A DNA stretch of 64,000 bases from an uncultured cyanobacterium (GTDB lineage Bacteria > Cyanobacteriota > Cyanobacteriia > Cyanobacteriales > Nostocaceae), in the NCBI GenBank assembly GCA_963740315.1, contig CAVUDP010000001.1, positions 256,001 through 320,000 on the forward strand, in the 5' to 3' direction. Below are positions 52,484-62,976 of this stretch, piece by piece. The notes beneath the pieces are model-generated. The model did not search any database, had not been told where the DNA came from, and was given only the letters and a program-made list of their open reading frames with translations. The stretch's first letter is position 1. Each line of letters opens with the position of its first letter. Both the position numbers and the translations under genes were made by a program.

Positions 52484-53083
52484 ATGCTCGATTGGATAAC
52501 TAATATAATTACTTCCTTCGGCTACTTGGGAATTGGTTTTTTAATGTTTTTAGAAAACGTCTTTCCACCAATACCTTCTGAATTAATAATGCCCTTAGCG
52601 GGATTCACCGCGACTCAAGGAAAGCTAAGTTTGCAATTTGTAATTTTAGCAGGAACCTTGGGTTCACTTTTAGGTGTGTTGCCTTGGTATTATGTCGGTA
52701 AAGTTGTGGGTGAAAAACGTTTGCGGGAATGGATAGATAAATATGGGAAATGGTTAACTTTATCGGGTGCGGATATAGATAGATCGAAAAGATGGTTAAA
52801 TAAATACGGAAAAGCAACAGTATTTTTTGGTCGTCTTGTACCCGGAATTCGTACTTTTATTTCCGTTCCCGCAGGTTTAGATAATATGCCGTTAGTGCCG
52901 TTTTTATTATATTCCTTTGCGGGCAGCTTAATATGGACGGCACTGTTAACTTATGCGGGTTTTGTATTAGGAAATAATTATCAACAAGTAGAAAAATATA
53001 TAGCTCCAATTTCTGTAATTATTATCGCTTCAATTATAATTTATTTAATAATTTCATTTATTCGTCGGAAAACTAAACAGTAA
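52484..53083 (+). CDS. dedA: DedA family membrane protein
   Basis: LENVFPPIPSELIMPLAGF, FFGRLVPGIRTFISVPAG. Confidence 0.93.
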   Translation: MLDWITNIITSFGYLGIGFLMFLENVFPPIPSELIMPLAGFTATQGKLSLQFVILAGTLGSLLGVLPWYYVGKVVGEKRLREWIDKYGKWLTLSGADIDRSKRWLNKYGKATVFFGRLVPGIRTFISVPAGLDNMPLVPFLLYSFAGSLIWTALLTYAGFVLGNNYQQVEKYIAPISVIIIASIIIYLIISFIRRKTKQ

Positions 53084-53160
53084 TAGGTTCGTAGTAAGGG
53101 CTTCAGCCCTCACTCTTACAGCAATAGGTTCGTAGTAAGGGCTTCAGCCCTCACTCTTAC
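53082..53160 (+). repeat. Direct duplication of a 38-bp REP-like hairpin unit
   Basis: AATAGGTTCGTAGTAAGGGCTTCAGCCCTCACTCTTAC at 53082 and 53123. Confidence 0.8.
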
Positions 53161-53227
53161 CCAAAGCATTCGCAGTAAGCAAAGAAAATTCTTTAAAAAG
53201 CGATAAATCGCTTACTACAAACCTAAA

Positions 53228-55330
53228 TTAATCTCGTTTTAAAATCAAATGATTCCGCTCGGTTAACTCAGCTTCCCAATTCGGCTCAACCACAATCGTG
53301 CTAATCTTCTCCACAACAATCGCCGCACCTTGAATAACATCCCCCGGTTGTAAATCTTCCCGACGATAAACGGGTGCCCAATACCACTTATCCTTAGTAA
53401 ACATCTGCACCGTTTCCACAGCAATCGGAAATTCATCCAAACCCCGACTGCGTTTAACCAAAGCTTCCTCCGGAGTATCCATCTTTTGAATAACCTCCAC
53501 CGAAACCGACTCCACAATCAAATTTTTGTCCGCTTGCACAAAACCATATCTCAACTTATGTTCCCGCTCAAACTCCTCCCGCATCATTTCCACATCTGCA
53601 ACAAAATCAATCCCCAAAACAGAATTAGTCCCCTCATACTTCAAATTAACTTTTCTTACAACCTCCTCTTCTTGGTTAACCTCCGCGCTCTGCGTTTCCA
53701 ATTCCCCCCTCCCTTGACTTTCCAACCTTTCCATCAACCCCCGCAATTCCCCCAACAACTCCACATCCAAAACCTTTTCCACACCCGCTTCCCTTATCGC
53801 TCTCACATCAGCCAAACCCATACCATAAGCGGAAAGCACCCCCGCATAAGGATGTAGAAAAATCTTTTTCATTCCCAAAGTCTCTGCAATTAAACAAGCA
53901 ACCTGCGCTCCCGCACCCCCGAAACAGCAAAGCGCGTAATTAGTCACATCATAACCGCGTTGCAGACTTATTTTTTTAACCGCATTCGCCATACTTTCCA
54001 CAGCGATCGCAATAAATCCAGCAGCAACTTGTTCTGGTGTACGATTGTTTCCGGTAGCTGCTTCTATATCCTGCGCTAACTGTATAAATTTTTTAGTAAC
54101 AACATCTTTATCTAAAGCTTGATTTCCATCCTTACCAAACACCGCAGGGAAATATTGCGGATGAATTTTACCCAACATTACATTAGCATCAGTCACCGCC
54201 AACTTACCCCCGCGACGATAACAAGCGGGGCCAGGATTTGAACCAGCAGATTCCGGCCCCACGCGATAGCTCGAACCATCGAACGTTAAAATCGAACCGC
54301 CACCCGCAGCGATTGTATGTATTGCCAGCACCGGAACTCGCATCCTTGCTCCAGCAATTTCCGAATCCAACTGTCGCTCGTATTCACCATTAAAATGGGC
54401 AACATCGGTACTAGTTCCCCCCATATCAAAAGTAATTATTGAATTAAAACCACCCCTCAAACTAGTTTGCACAGCACCAACAATACCCCCCGCAGGGCCG
54501 CTTAAAATGCTATCTTTACCTTGGAATTGTTGGGCATCAACTAAACCCCCATCTGACTTCATAAACATCAACTTCACACCGGGTAATTGACTAGCTACAG
54601 AGTCAACATAGCGACGTAAAATAGGAGTTAAATACGCATCAACAACCGTCGTATCACCCCGGCTAACCAACTTCATCAACGGACTAACTTGATGAGAAAT
54701 AGATATCTGCGTAAATCCGATATCGCGAGCAATTTTAGATATCTGCTGCTCGTGTTGCGGATAATTGTAACTATGCATCAATACAACAGCACAGCTACGA
54801 ATTCCCGTATTGAAAGCGGTTTGTAAATCTTGTTTAACTGCTTCAACATCCACCGGGATTAACTCATTACCTTTAGCATCATAGCGCTCGTTAACCTCAA
54901 TAACTTGCTCGTAAAGCATACTAGGTAAAACGATGTGACGAGCAAAGATATCGGGACGATTTTGATAACCAATTCGCAACGCATCCTTGAATCCCTTAGT
55001 GATGGCAAGTAAAACGCGATCGCCCTTTCTTTCCAACAGCGCATTAGTAGCGACAGTAGTACCCATTTTTACCACTTCAATTTCTTGGGTGGGAATGGAT
55101 TGATTGGTGGAAATTCCGAGAATATCGCGAATACCTTGAATAGCTGCATCTTGATAGCGATCGGGATTTTCGGAAAGTAGCTTATAAACGATTACCCATT
55201 GTTGATTCGGAAGAGGAACAATTAAAAAGCGTTGGGGATGGTTTGCGAGTTGGTTTATTGTGGTTTGATTGTCAGTAACGGCGACAATATCGGTAAAAGT
55301 TCCACCCCTGTCTGCAAATACTTTTAACAT
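53228..55330 (-). CDS. Hydantoinase A / 5-oxoprolinase N-terminal (ATP-hydrolysing) subunit
   Basis: DRGGTFTD, MGTTVATNALLERKG, SGPAGG, DMGGTSTDV, GPESAG. Confidence 0.92.
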   Translation of the reverse strand: MLKVFADRGGTFTDIVAVTDNQTTINQLANHPQRFLIVPLPNQQWVIVYKLLSENPDRYQDAAIQGIRDILGISTNQSIPTQEIEVVKMGTTVATNALLERKGDRVLLAITKGFKDALRIGYQNRPDIFARHIVLPSMLYEQVIEVNERYDAKGNELIPVDVEAVKQDLQTAFNTGIRSCAVVLMHSYNYPQHEQQISKIARDIGFTQISISHQVSPLMKLVSRGDTTVVDAYLTPILRRYVDSVASQLPGVKLMFMKSDGGLVDAQQFQGKDSILSGPAGGIVGAVQTSLRGGFNSIITFDMGGTSTDVAHFNGEYERQLDSEIAGARMRVPVLAIHTIAAGGGSILTFDGSSYRVGPESAGSNPGPACYRRGGKLAVTDANVMLGKIHPQYFPAVFGKDGNQALDKDVVTKKFIQLAQDIEAATGNNRTPEQVAAGFIAIAVESMANAVKKISLQRGYDVTNYALCCFGGAGAQVACLIAETLGMKKIFLHPYAGVLSAYGMGLADVRAIREAGVEKVLDVELLGELRGLMERLESQGRGELETQSAEVNQEEEVVRKVNLKYEGTNSVLGIDFVADVEMMREEFEREHKLRYGFVQADKNLIVESVSVEVIQKMDTPEEALVKRSRGLDEFPIAVETVQMFTKDKWYWAPVYRREDLQPGDVIQGAAIVVEKISTIVVEPNWEAELTERNHLILKRD

Positions 55331-55660
55331 AGTTTTGGATTTTGGAAGTAGGTTTTATCAAAGAATAGATGATGTAGAGACGCAAGGGTATCGCGTCTAT
55401 ATAAGAGTTATCGTTATTTAATAAAGGTTTTTACGGGAAGGAGAATTATTGTATTTTTGTAGGGTGTGTTAGACGCACGACTATATAGTGATTTAACGAG
55501 TAATTTGGAATTCGTCTAACGCACCATCTGTTATTGATAATACTCACCCTCAGACTATAAGTCTGGGGCTACACAAACAAAGCCCACCTGCGTGGGCTAA
55601 GTTACTAGAAATTTGATGAGATTATAATTAAAAAATATTGTATAGCTTTTTAATAAAAAT

Positions 55661-55906
55661 ATGACTGGAATAGAGTGGTTAAGAACACTTCATACGAAAC
55701 AGCTTATTGAATTGAAAAATGATTGTTATAAATATTTACGTGGTGGGGGTGATATTGATTATGATGGTCATATTTTTAACCTTGAAGAATTAAAGCAGGT
55801 TTTGAGTGAAAACCTCATATTCCAAATCGAGCAGAAACTAATCAAATTCGGAAGAAAGCTGCGAAATATAAAAAGCGATTGCATCAATCTAGTAAATAAA
55901 AAATAA
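55661..55906 (+). CDS. Small hypothetical protein, probably frameshifted near 55810
   Basis: Shifted frame gives PHIPNRAETNQIRKKAAKYKKR; flanked by direct REP-like repeats. Confidence 0.45.
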   Translation: MTGIEWLRTLHTKQLIELKNDCYKYLRGGGDIDYDGHIFNLEELKQVLSENLIFQIEQKLIKFGRKLRNIKSDCINLVNKK

Positions 55907-56162
55907 TTCTTTTGTAGGGTGCTGTTAGACGCACGACAATATTATGATTTAACGAGCAATTTGGAATTCGTCTAACGCACCATCTAAGATTAGACAGTAG
56001 GTTGGGTTAAAGGCGCAAGATAATTTAATGGTTTACGAGAGATAAAGATGCGCCGTAACCCAACATTTAGATTTTGGTTTTAAAGAAGATTGATAATATT
56101 CAAAGTTTGTTAAATTACTTTCACAGCCGATAAACTGCTTATTTATAACCAGTTATCCAATT

Positions 56163-56537
56163 TTATCGCGCATCCCCTTGAATAGACTTTACGGTTCCCA
56201 ATACCTCTTCAATTTTACGTGGCAATGTATAAATACCGGAAATATAAATACAATCTTCTTCTGGTTGAATTGTTGAATAAATCACTCTTACTTCATAATC
56301 TGTTAAGCGTTCAATACTGACATATCCTACAACTTCAATATCTTCTGGAATTTCATATCTCTCTTGACTCAAAATATATCTTTGCTCTAATCCGTCAGCT
56401 ATTTTATTAAGTTCATTTTGTTCGAGCAATATATTATTAAAGCAGTAATGATATACACGGCAACATTTATTGTTTTCTAAAATTGTAAGTTGAGGAACAT
56501 TTTTAAACTTAATCATGCTTGCATCATATTTTTTCAT
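56163..56537 (-). CDS. Hypothetical protein
   Basis: 124-aa ORF with AAGGTGAG RBS-like sequence upstream. Confidence 0.55.
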   Translation of the reverse strand: MKKYDASMIKFKNVPQLTILENNKCCRVYHYCFNNILLEQNELNKIADGLEQRYILSQERYEIPEDIEVVGYVSIERLTDYEVRVIYSTIQPEEDCIYISGIYTLPRKIEEVLGTVKSIQGDAR

Positions 56538-56562
56538 AAAAGCTCACCTTTTTGAAAATTAT

Positions 56563-56715
56563 TTATAGTTCTTTCCAAGCTTTATCTTCCTCGGGTTCCA
56601 ACCAAATTTTGTTTAGTGATGATTCACTTAATTTGAGAAAGTCTTCTACTAATTTTTGAGTATCATCTGTATCGGTAACTTGTACCTTTTTAGCCGGAAT
56701 TTTGTCTTTAGCCAT
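56563..56715 (-). CDS. 50-aa DUF2281-type antitoxin-like peptide
   Basis: Manual translation ends LSESSLNKIWLEPEEDKAWKEL; below the ORF-track cutoff. Confidence 0.6.
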   Translation of the reverse strand: MAKDKIPAKKVQVTDTDDTQKLVEDFLKLSESSLNKIWLEPEEDKAWKEL

Positions 56716-56792
56716 GATATTTGATTGTTAATGTTCTGCTTTTATATTAGCTTGAATTAATGGTATAATCTAAAAAATTAGGAAAATTAACA

Positions 56793-57062
56793 ATGATTGG
56801 TACTAATATTTACATCAGTCAAGAAACTCAAGAATCTTTAGTTAAAGCAGCAACTTTACAACAAGTTTCTGTTGAAGAATTAGCTTCTTCTATCTTGAGA
56901 GAAACTATCCAAGAAAAGTTTGGAAAAATTAGCGATTCTTCAGAAAATCAACGCAACTTTGCCGTTAATCCGCTTACGGAAATGCAACCCTATGCTTATT
57001 TAGCAGATCCAAATGAACCTGCTATTTCTCCTGATGATTGGGAAATGAATCAGGATTTTTAG
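56793..57062 (+). CDS. Putative antitoxin of the downstream VapC
   Basis: Small acidic protein ending DPNEPAISPDDWE, 10 bp before a PIN gene. Confidence 0.6.
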   Translation: MIGTNIYISQETQESLVKAATLQQVSVEELASSILRETIQEKFGKISDSSENQRNFAVNPLTEMQPYAYLADPNEPAISPDDWEMNQDF

Positions 57063-57072
57063 GTTTTTACTT

Positions 57073-57467
57073 ATGATTATTCTTGATACCCATATTTGGG
57101 TTTGGTGGAATCATAATGATTTAAAATTGACCTCAAATCATCATGAAGCAATAAATAAAGAAAGACCATTAGGGTTAGGTATTAGCTCCATAAGTCTGAT
57201 AGAGATTACCAGACTTGTTACTCAAAATAGGTTAATTCTCCCTTGTACGCTTCAAGAATGGTTTAATATTGCTTTGCCCAAGAGGGGGTAATTCTTCTGT
57301 CAATAACTCCTCAAATTGCCATTGATTCCTATTCACTTCCAGGAAATTTTCATAAAGATCCAGCCGATAGAATAATCGTTTCAACAGCAAGAATATATGA
57401 TGTTCCGTTACTGAGTGTAGATGAAAAAATACTTGCTTATTCTTATGTAAAAACAATTCAACCTTAA
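57073..57467 (+). pseudogene. vapC: VapC/PIN-domain toxin with a -1 frameshift
   Basis: MIILDTHIWVWW...SSISLIEI; shifted frame continues QEGVILLSITPQIAI...FHKDPADRIIVSTAR...LLSVDEKI. Confidence 0.85.
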
Positions 57468-57532
57468 TATAAAATACGATTGTCACACTTGGGGTAATAG
57501 TTACGAACATTTGCTGGAGATGTTAGAAGATG

Positions 57533-58537
57533 CTATCCAAGGTTGGTTGGAAGTTGCGAGCGAGTAGATACATTCTTTTTGATAAATGATGCATATGTTT
57601 GAACTTGGTCAATTTTAAAACCCAAGCTGTAATATAGTCGTAAAGCTCGTTTATATGTGCGATTTGTACCAATAAAAAAGTATTTACTTGGCTCTCCAAA
57701 GTGATTCTTAAGCTTGTACATACAACGAATTGCTAAAAATCTTCCAAGCCCTTTACCGTAAAAATCGGGTAATATTGCCAATTCTTCGATAGACATTTCG
57801 TTACCCCAAATACGTCCGTAACAAGAACCTATTATTCTTCCATCGCATTCTAATCCAACCCAACTTTTCACGGCATCTTTTTTGTCTTGAACATCCGTTA
57901 ACTGCCATCTTGTGAATTCTCTTCGCTGTTCTATTTTTAGTAAAGGAAATCCATAATAATGTACGGCATAAGCCTTATTGTATAAATCAACGAACTCTGA
58001 TAAACGATTTTTAGTAAAGGGAATTTCGTGAATATTTTTAGGTAGCTGGGGAAGCTCAAGTGTTTCAGTTATATTTTGGTTAGCAGTCATTGTTAACCTT
58101 GGTTCCATATCAAAACCTAGTTCGGGTAAAAGTCCTGCATAGTAAGCGTTATGAGATGGAACTTTTTCATGTATTACCATTACAAGTTCATCAGCAGGAC
58201 TAACTTGAAGAAATTCAGTTTTAATCTGTTCAATTGCTGTTTTAACAATTTGATATCTATTAGACCACGAAGAAGGGATTATATATTGAATACTTTGTTT
58301 CCCATAATTATTGATAAGACAGCGACAAAAAGCAGTTTGATTATTTTCAATTTCAATCAAATAAAGTGTATCATTATGTACAACTGTTTCATCATAGGGT
58401 ATTTCAGAATAATTTTTAATAAATGCATCAACCTCATGGGGATGAAAACAAAGTATTGGAAATATCTCATAAACTGTTTTTTTTAATTGCTGTAGATGCT
58501 CCGAGTATTCGCTTTCTTCTATTCTCTTTAAACTCAT
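57533..58537 (-). CDS. GNAT-family N-acetyltransferase
   Basis: IEELAILPDFYGKGLGRFL, ALRLYYSLGF. Confidence 0.8.
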   Translation of the reverse strand: MSLKRIEESEYSEHLQQLKKTVYEIFPILCFHPHEVDAFIKNYSEIPYDETVVHNDTLYLIEIENNQTAFCRCLINNYGKQSIQYIIPSSWSNRYQIVKTAIEQIKTEFLQVSPADELVMVIHEKVPSHNAYYAGLLPELGFDMEPRLTMTANQNITETLELPQLPKNIHEIPFTKNRLSEFVDLYNKAYAVHYYGFPLLKIEQRREFTRWQLTDVQDKKDAVKSWVGLECDGRIIGSCYGRIWGNEMSIEELAILPDFYGKGLGRFLAIRCMYKLKNHFGEPSKYFFIGTNRTYKRALRLYYSLGFKIDQVQTYASFIKKNVSTRSQLPTNLG

Positions 58538-58721
58538 AAAAATTATATATACTATTTTACTTTTGCATAATCATATAGCATTTGTTAAAAATGCACAATT
58601 TATAATAATTATAGTACTCATTTTTAATATCTATTTCAGATTTTAGTGAGATATCAATAACTAAAAAAATGGTGCGTTACGCTCCGCGATAACACACCCT
58701 ACAAAATTCACTTATTATTAT

Positions 58722-61700
58722 TTATTCTTCAACAACTTTCCGCTCTGCTAAATACTCATACATTTTCCAACGCTGATTCACTTCTAATTCCGCTTCTTTC
58801 ATCAATTTTTCTGCAATTTCAGGTTTACTTTTCTTCAACATTTTGAAGCGATTTTCTTTGTACATTGATTCTTCTGGGGAATTTTTCGGCTCTCTCATAT
58901 CTAGCTGCAAGGGATTTTTACCTTGTTTAACCAAGTCGGGATTGTAACGATAAAGCAACCATCTTCCCGATTCTACTAAGGCTTTTTGATTGCTCATTGC
59001 TGTACCCATATCTATTCCGTGAGCGATGCAATGGCTGTAAGCAATTATTAATGATGGTCCCTCAAATGCTTCTGCTTCTAAAAATGCTTTGAGGGTATGT
59101 TCGTCTCTGGCTCCTAATGCTACGCTCGCTACGTAAATATTTCCGTATGTCATAGCAATCAATCCTAAGTCTTTTTTCGCTGCGGGCTTACCACTAGCGG
59201 CAAATTTGGCTACTGCTGCTTTGGGTGTTGATTTTGATGATTGTCCGCCGGTGTTGGAATACACTTCGGTATCCATGACCAAAACGTTTACATTACGACC
59301 GCTGGCAAGTACGTGATCTAATCCTCCAAAGTCGATGTCGTAAGCCCAACCATCTCCGCCAACTATCCAAACGCTCTTTTTAACCAAATAATCAGCAAGT
59401 GATTTTAGATTTTGGATTTTGGATTTTGGATTAGTGGAGTTTTCTGACAATTTCTGCTTCAACAACCCAACCCTTTCTCTTTGCTCCCAAATATCAGCTT
59501 CAGTTTTCTGAGATGCATTCAAAATTGATTCAGCTAAATCTGTAGAAATCAAACCTTGAGAAGCCAATTCCCGCAACAACTCCGCAGCATATTCCGCTTT
59601 CTTATCCACTGACAACCGGAAACCAAAACCGAATTCGGCGTTGTCTTCAAATAAACTATTTGACCAAGCCGGACCTCTTCCTTCAGCGTTTTTCGTCCAA
59701 GGAGTTGTCGGGAGGTTGCCACCGAAGATAGATGAGCATCCCGTAGCATTAGCAATGAGAGCGCGATCGCCAAACAACTGACTCAGTAATTTTAAGTATG
59801 GTGTTTCGCCACATCCAGCACAAGCACCGGAAAATTCAAATAATGGTTCTTGCAGTTGCTGCTGGCGAATTTGATTTAATTTCAGTTTATTTCTGTCAGG
59901 ATTCGGTATATTAAGGAAATAATCCCAGTTTTCTGTTTCTTGCTCTCGTAAAGGCAATTGTGGTTCCATATTAATTGCTTTACGTTCGGGATTATTCTTA
60001 TCTTTCGCCGGACAAATATCAACACAAATAGTACATCCAGTACAGTCGGAAGGCGCTACTTGAATAGTAAATTTCTCTCCTGCAAAGGCTTTATCTCTAG
60101 CATCAGTAAATTTAAAAGTTGCCGGAGCATTACTTAATTCACCTTCCTGATAAACCTTAGCGCGAATCGCAGCATGAGGACAAACCATAACGCACTTACC
60201 GCACTGAACGCAGACATCCGCTTCCCAAACAGGAATCTCTTGAGCTACGTTGCGTTTTTCTAATTTGGATGTACCAGTAGGGAAAGTACCGTCAGCATTT
60301 AATAATGCACTTACGGGTAATTCGTTTCCTCTTCCAGTCATCATTTTTTGCAGCGTAGATTCTGGGAGACGTAGCAGTGCTACGTCTCTACACCCAATTT
60401 CGGATTTGTTAATTTCAACTTTATGCAAGTTTTCCAGGGTATTATCTACAGCTTGCAGATTCATTGCAACGATTTTATCGCCTTTTTTACCGTAAGTCTT
60501 TTTAATAGAATATTTAATTTTTTCTATGGCTTCATCTTGCGGTAAAACACCATTCTTAGCAAAGAAACAGGTTTGCATTATGGTATTGATTCTTCTACCC
60601 ATACCGCTGTCACGAGCAACTTTATCGGCATTAATAACGTAAAACTTCAGTTGCTTATCGATAATTTTTTGCTGTATATTCGCGGGAAGTTGTTCCCATA
60701 CGGTATCCGGATCGTAGGGACTGTTTAATAAGAATGTTGCACCAGTTACGGCACTTTTCAATACATCAACTTTTTCTAAAAACGTCCATTGATGACAACC
60801 GATAAAATTCGCTTTGTCTATTAAATATGTAGAGCGAATAAACTGAGAACCAAAACGCAAGTGAGAAACCGTCATCGAACCCGATTTCTTTGAATCATAG
60901 ACAAAATAGCCTTGAGCGTAATTGTCTGTTTCCTCACCAATAATTTTGATAGAGTTCTTATTTGCTCCGACAGTTCCATCCGAACCCAAACCGTAAAACA
61001 TCGCTCTGACAACGTTATCGGCTTCTGTAGAAAAGCTCGAATCGTAATCTAAAGAGGTATGAGTTAAGTCATCGTTAATACCAACAGTAAAATTATTCTG
61101 CGGTTTTTCCTTAGCTAAATTATCGTAAATAGCCAGCACCATCGCTGGGGTAAATTCTTTAGAAGAAAGTCCGTAACGCCCACCAACTATTTTAGGAAAA
61201 CTCCCCTTATCCCAAGCTTGATAAATCGCCGTCACAACATCCAAATACAGCGGCTCCCCAGCGCTACCGGGTTCTTTAGTACGATCCAAAACGGCGATCG
61301 CACTCACCGTATCAGGCAAAGCTTGGATAAGTTGATGTGCGTCAAAGGGACGGAATAACCTAACTTTGACAACACCTAACTTTTCACCGCGAGCATTGAG
61401 ATAATCGATAGTTTCGTGTACCGTCTCGCAACCCGAACCCATCAAAACTATTACCCGCTCGGCATCTGGGGCACCGTAATATTCAAAAATCCGATAATGC
61501 CTACCAGTGCGATCGCCAAATTTATCCATTACTTCTTGGACAATTCCAGGGCAAGCATCATAATAAGGATTGATCCGTTCGCGGGCTTGGAAATAAACAT
61601 CGGGATTTTGTGCAGTACCGCGCATAACTGGGTTATCGGGAGTTAATGCGCGGCTTCTGTGGGCAAATACTAATTCATCATCAATTAAAGCCTCCAAATC

Positions 61701-62264
61701 TTCTTTTTGTAAAAGTTCTACCTTTTGAATTTCATGGGAAGTGCGGAAACCGTCGAAAAAGTGCAGAAATGGAACTCTGGCTTTGAGAGTCGCAGCTTGA
61801 GCAATCAGAGCAAAATCGTGTGCCTCCTGTACCGAAGCCGAACACAACATCGCGAAACCCGTAGCGCGAGCCGCCATTACATCACTTTGATCGCCAAAAA
61901 TCGAGAGAGCATGAGTAGCCAGGGAACGCGCTGCAACATGGATAACGGCGCTGGTGAGTTCCCCGGCAATTTTGTACAGGTTGGGAATCATCAACAGCAA
62001 ACCTTGAGATGCAGTGAAAGTAGTAGTCAGCGAACCCGTTTGTAAAGCACCGTGTACCGCAGCCGCAGCACCACCTTCGCTTTGCATCTCAACCACGCTG
62101 GGAACAGTACCCCACAGATTGCGATTACCAAGCGCAGCCCAAGCATCAGCCCATTCCCCCATTGAGGAAGAAGGAGTAATAGGATAAATCGCAATAACTT
62201 CATTTAAAGGGTAAGCAACCCGAGCAACCGCTTCATTTCCATCAATTGTTGCAAATTTGTTCAT
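58722..62264 (-). CDS. nifJ: Pyruvate:ferredoxin (flavodoxin) oxidoreductase
   Basis: IYPITPSS, EMQSEGGAA, GLGSDGTVGANK, two 4Fe-4S motifs, GACAGCGETPY, GGDGWAYDI. Confidence 0.98.
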   Translation of the reverse strand: MNKFATIDGNEAVARVAYPLNEVIAIYPITPSSSMGEWADAWAALGNRNLWGTVPSVVEMQSEGGAAAAVHGALQTGSLTTTFTASQGLLLMIPNLYKIAGELTSAVIHVAARSLATHALSIFGDQSDVMAARATGFAMLCSASVQEAHDFALIAQAATLKARVPFLHFFDGFRTSHEIQKVELLQKEDLEALIDDELVFAHRSRALTPDNPVMRGTAQNPDVYFQARERINPYYDACPGIVQEVMDKFGDRTGRHYRIFEYYGAPDAERVIVLMGSGCETVHETIDYLNARGEKLGVVKVRLFRPFDAHQLIQALPDTVSAIAVLDRTKEPGSAGEPLYLDVVTAIYQAWDKGSFPKIVGGRYGLSSKEFTPAMVLAIYDNLAKEKPQNNFTVGINDDLTHTSLDYDSSFSTEADNVVRAMFYGLGSDGTVGANKNSIKIIGEETDNYAQGYFVYDSKKSGSMTVSHLRFGSQFIRSTYLIDKANFIGCHQWTFLEKVDVLKSAVTGATFLLNSPYDPDTVWEQLPANIQQKIIDKQLKFYVINADKVARDSGMGRRINTIMQTCFFAKNGVLPQDEAIEKIKYSIKKTYGKKGDKIVAMNLQAVDNTLENLHKVEINKSEIGCRDVALLRLPESTLQKMMTGRGNELPVSALLNADGTFPTGTSKLEKRNVAQEIPVWEADVCVQCGKCVMVCPHAAIRAKVYQEGELSNAPATFKFTDARDKAFAGEKFTIQVAPSDCTGCTICVDICPAKDKNNPERKAINMEPQLPLREQETENWDYFLNIPNPDRNKLKLNQIRQQQLQEPLFEFSGACAGCGETPYLKLLSQLFGDRALIANATGCSSIFGGNLPTTPWTKNAEGRGPAWSNSLFEDNAEFGFGFRLSVDKKAEYAAELLRELASQGLISTDLAESILNASQKTEADIWEQRERVGLLKQKLSENSTNPKSKIQNLKSLADYLVKKSVWIVGGDGWAYDIDFGGLDHVLASGRNVNVLVMDTEVYSNTGGQSSKSTPKAAVAKFAASGKPAAKKDLGLIAMTYGNIYVASVALGARDEHTLKAFLEAEAFEGPSLIIAYSHCIAHGIDMGTAMSNQKALVESGRWLLYRYNPDLVKQGKNPLQLDMREPKNSPEESMYKENRFKMLKKSKPEIAEKLMKEAELEVNQRWKMYEYLAERKVVEE

Positions 62265-62729
62265 AATTTTTTCTATAAATAAGATTAAGGGAATTGGGGA
62301 TTGGGAATAGGGAGTAGTGCGTTAGCCGCACAGTAAGGTGAACGCGTAGCGTGTCCTCTTAGGACAGCATCTTGCTCGCTGGCATACCTGACAAGATGCT
62401 ATTACTAGCGAGCATCTTGCTCGCACTATTTTATAGATATAAATAAACATAATTTTTTTTACAACTGATTTAGGATTGCTATATATTTAGAAATAATTTT
62501 AAAGTCAAAGTTTTAATTACTATCGATAAAATAAACCCTGATGTATTAATATCTCATTCTAAGTAATGGCAATATTCATACTTATTATGTTCTGTACTCA
62601 AGATAAAAAAGTTTGATATCAAGGGCTTTCTATTAATTTATGAAAAAAAAATAGGGGTATGGGTTCGGGTATTTTTATAACAATATAAGTATCCAAAATA
62701 ATAATCTTGAATTGAAAAATGTTATTTCT

Positions 62730-62841
62730 AAACTCGTTTACAGGCTCAGCCTGGAAACGCATATCAGGAGGCTCTGCCTCCAAGATCGATCGGGAAGCAG
62801 AGCCTAAAGACAAGCATTACAGGGTAGAACCTTGCAACGAG
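62730..62841. repeat. Palindromic interspersed repeat (AGGCTCAGCCTGG...GGCTCTGCCTCC...GCAGAGCCT)
   Basis: Nested inverted arms with CTCGTT...AACGAG ends. Confidence 0.55.
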
Positions 62842-62976
62842 AAGTTTTTTGGTCAAAAAAATCATAAAACCTAGAGAATATCAAAAAGTTAATAAATACG
62901 AACGTTGTTGTAACAAATACTGGCGAATTTATAATTATTACACTATATTATTGTCACTCCAGTTTTATCATCTGAA

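Noticed and set aside
53228..55330. Oxoprolinase as a truncated pseudogene
   Set aside because: The A-subunit domain set is complete with a clean stop; split A/B genes are common and the partner may lie elsewhere.
16532..62813. Many short ORFs antisense to or overlapping real genes or repeats (e.g. 16894..17358, 27228..27803, 32399..32821, 43412..43726, 53486..53857, 38863..39207, 62619..62813)
   Set aside because: Shadow frames of well-supported genes or repeat-derived sequence, with no recognisable motifs.
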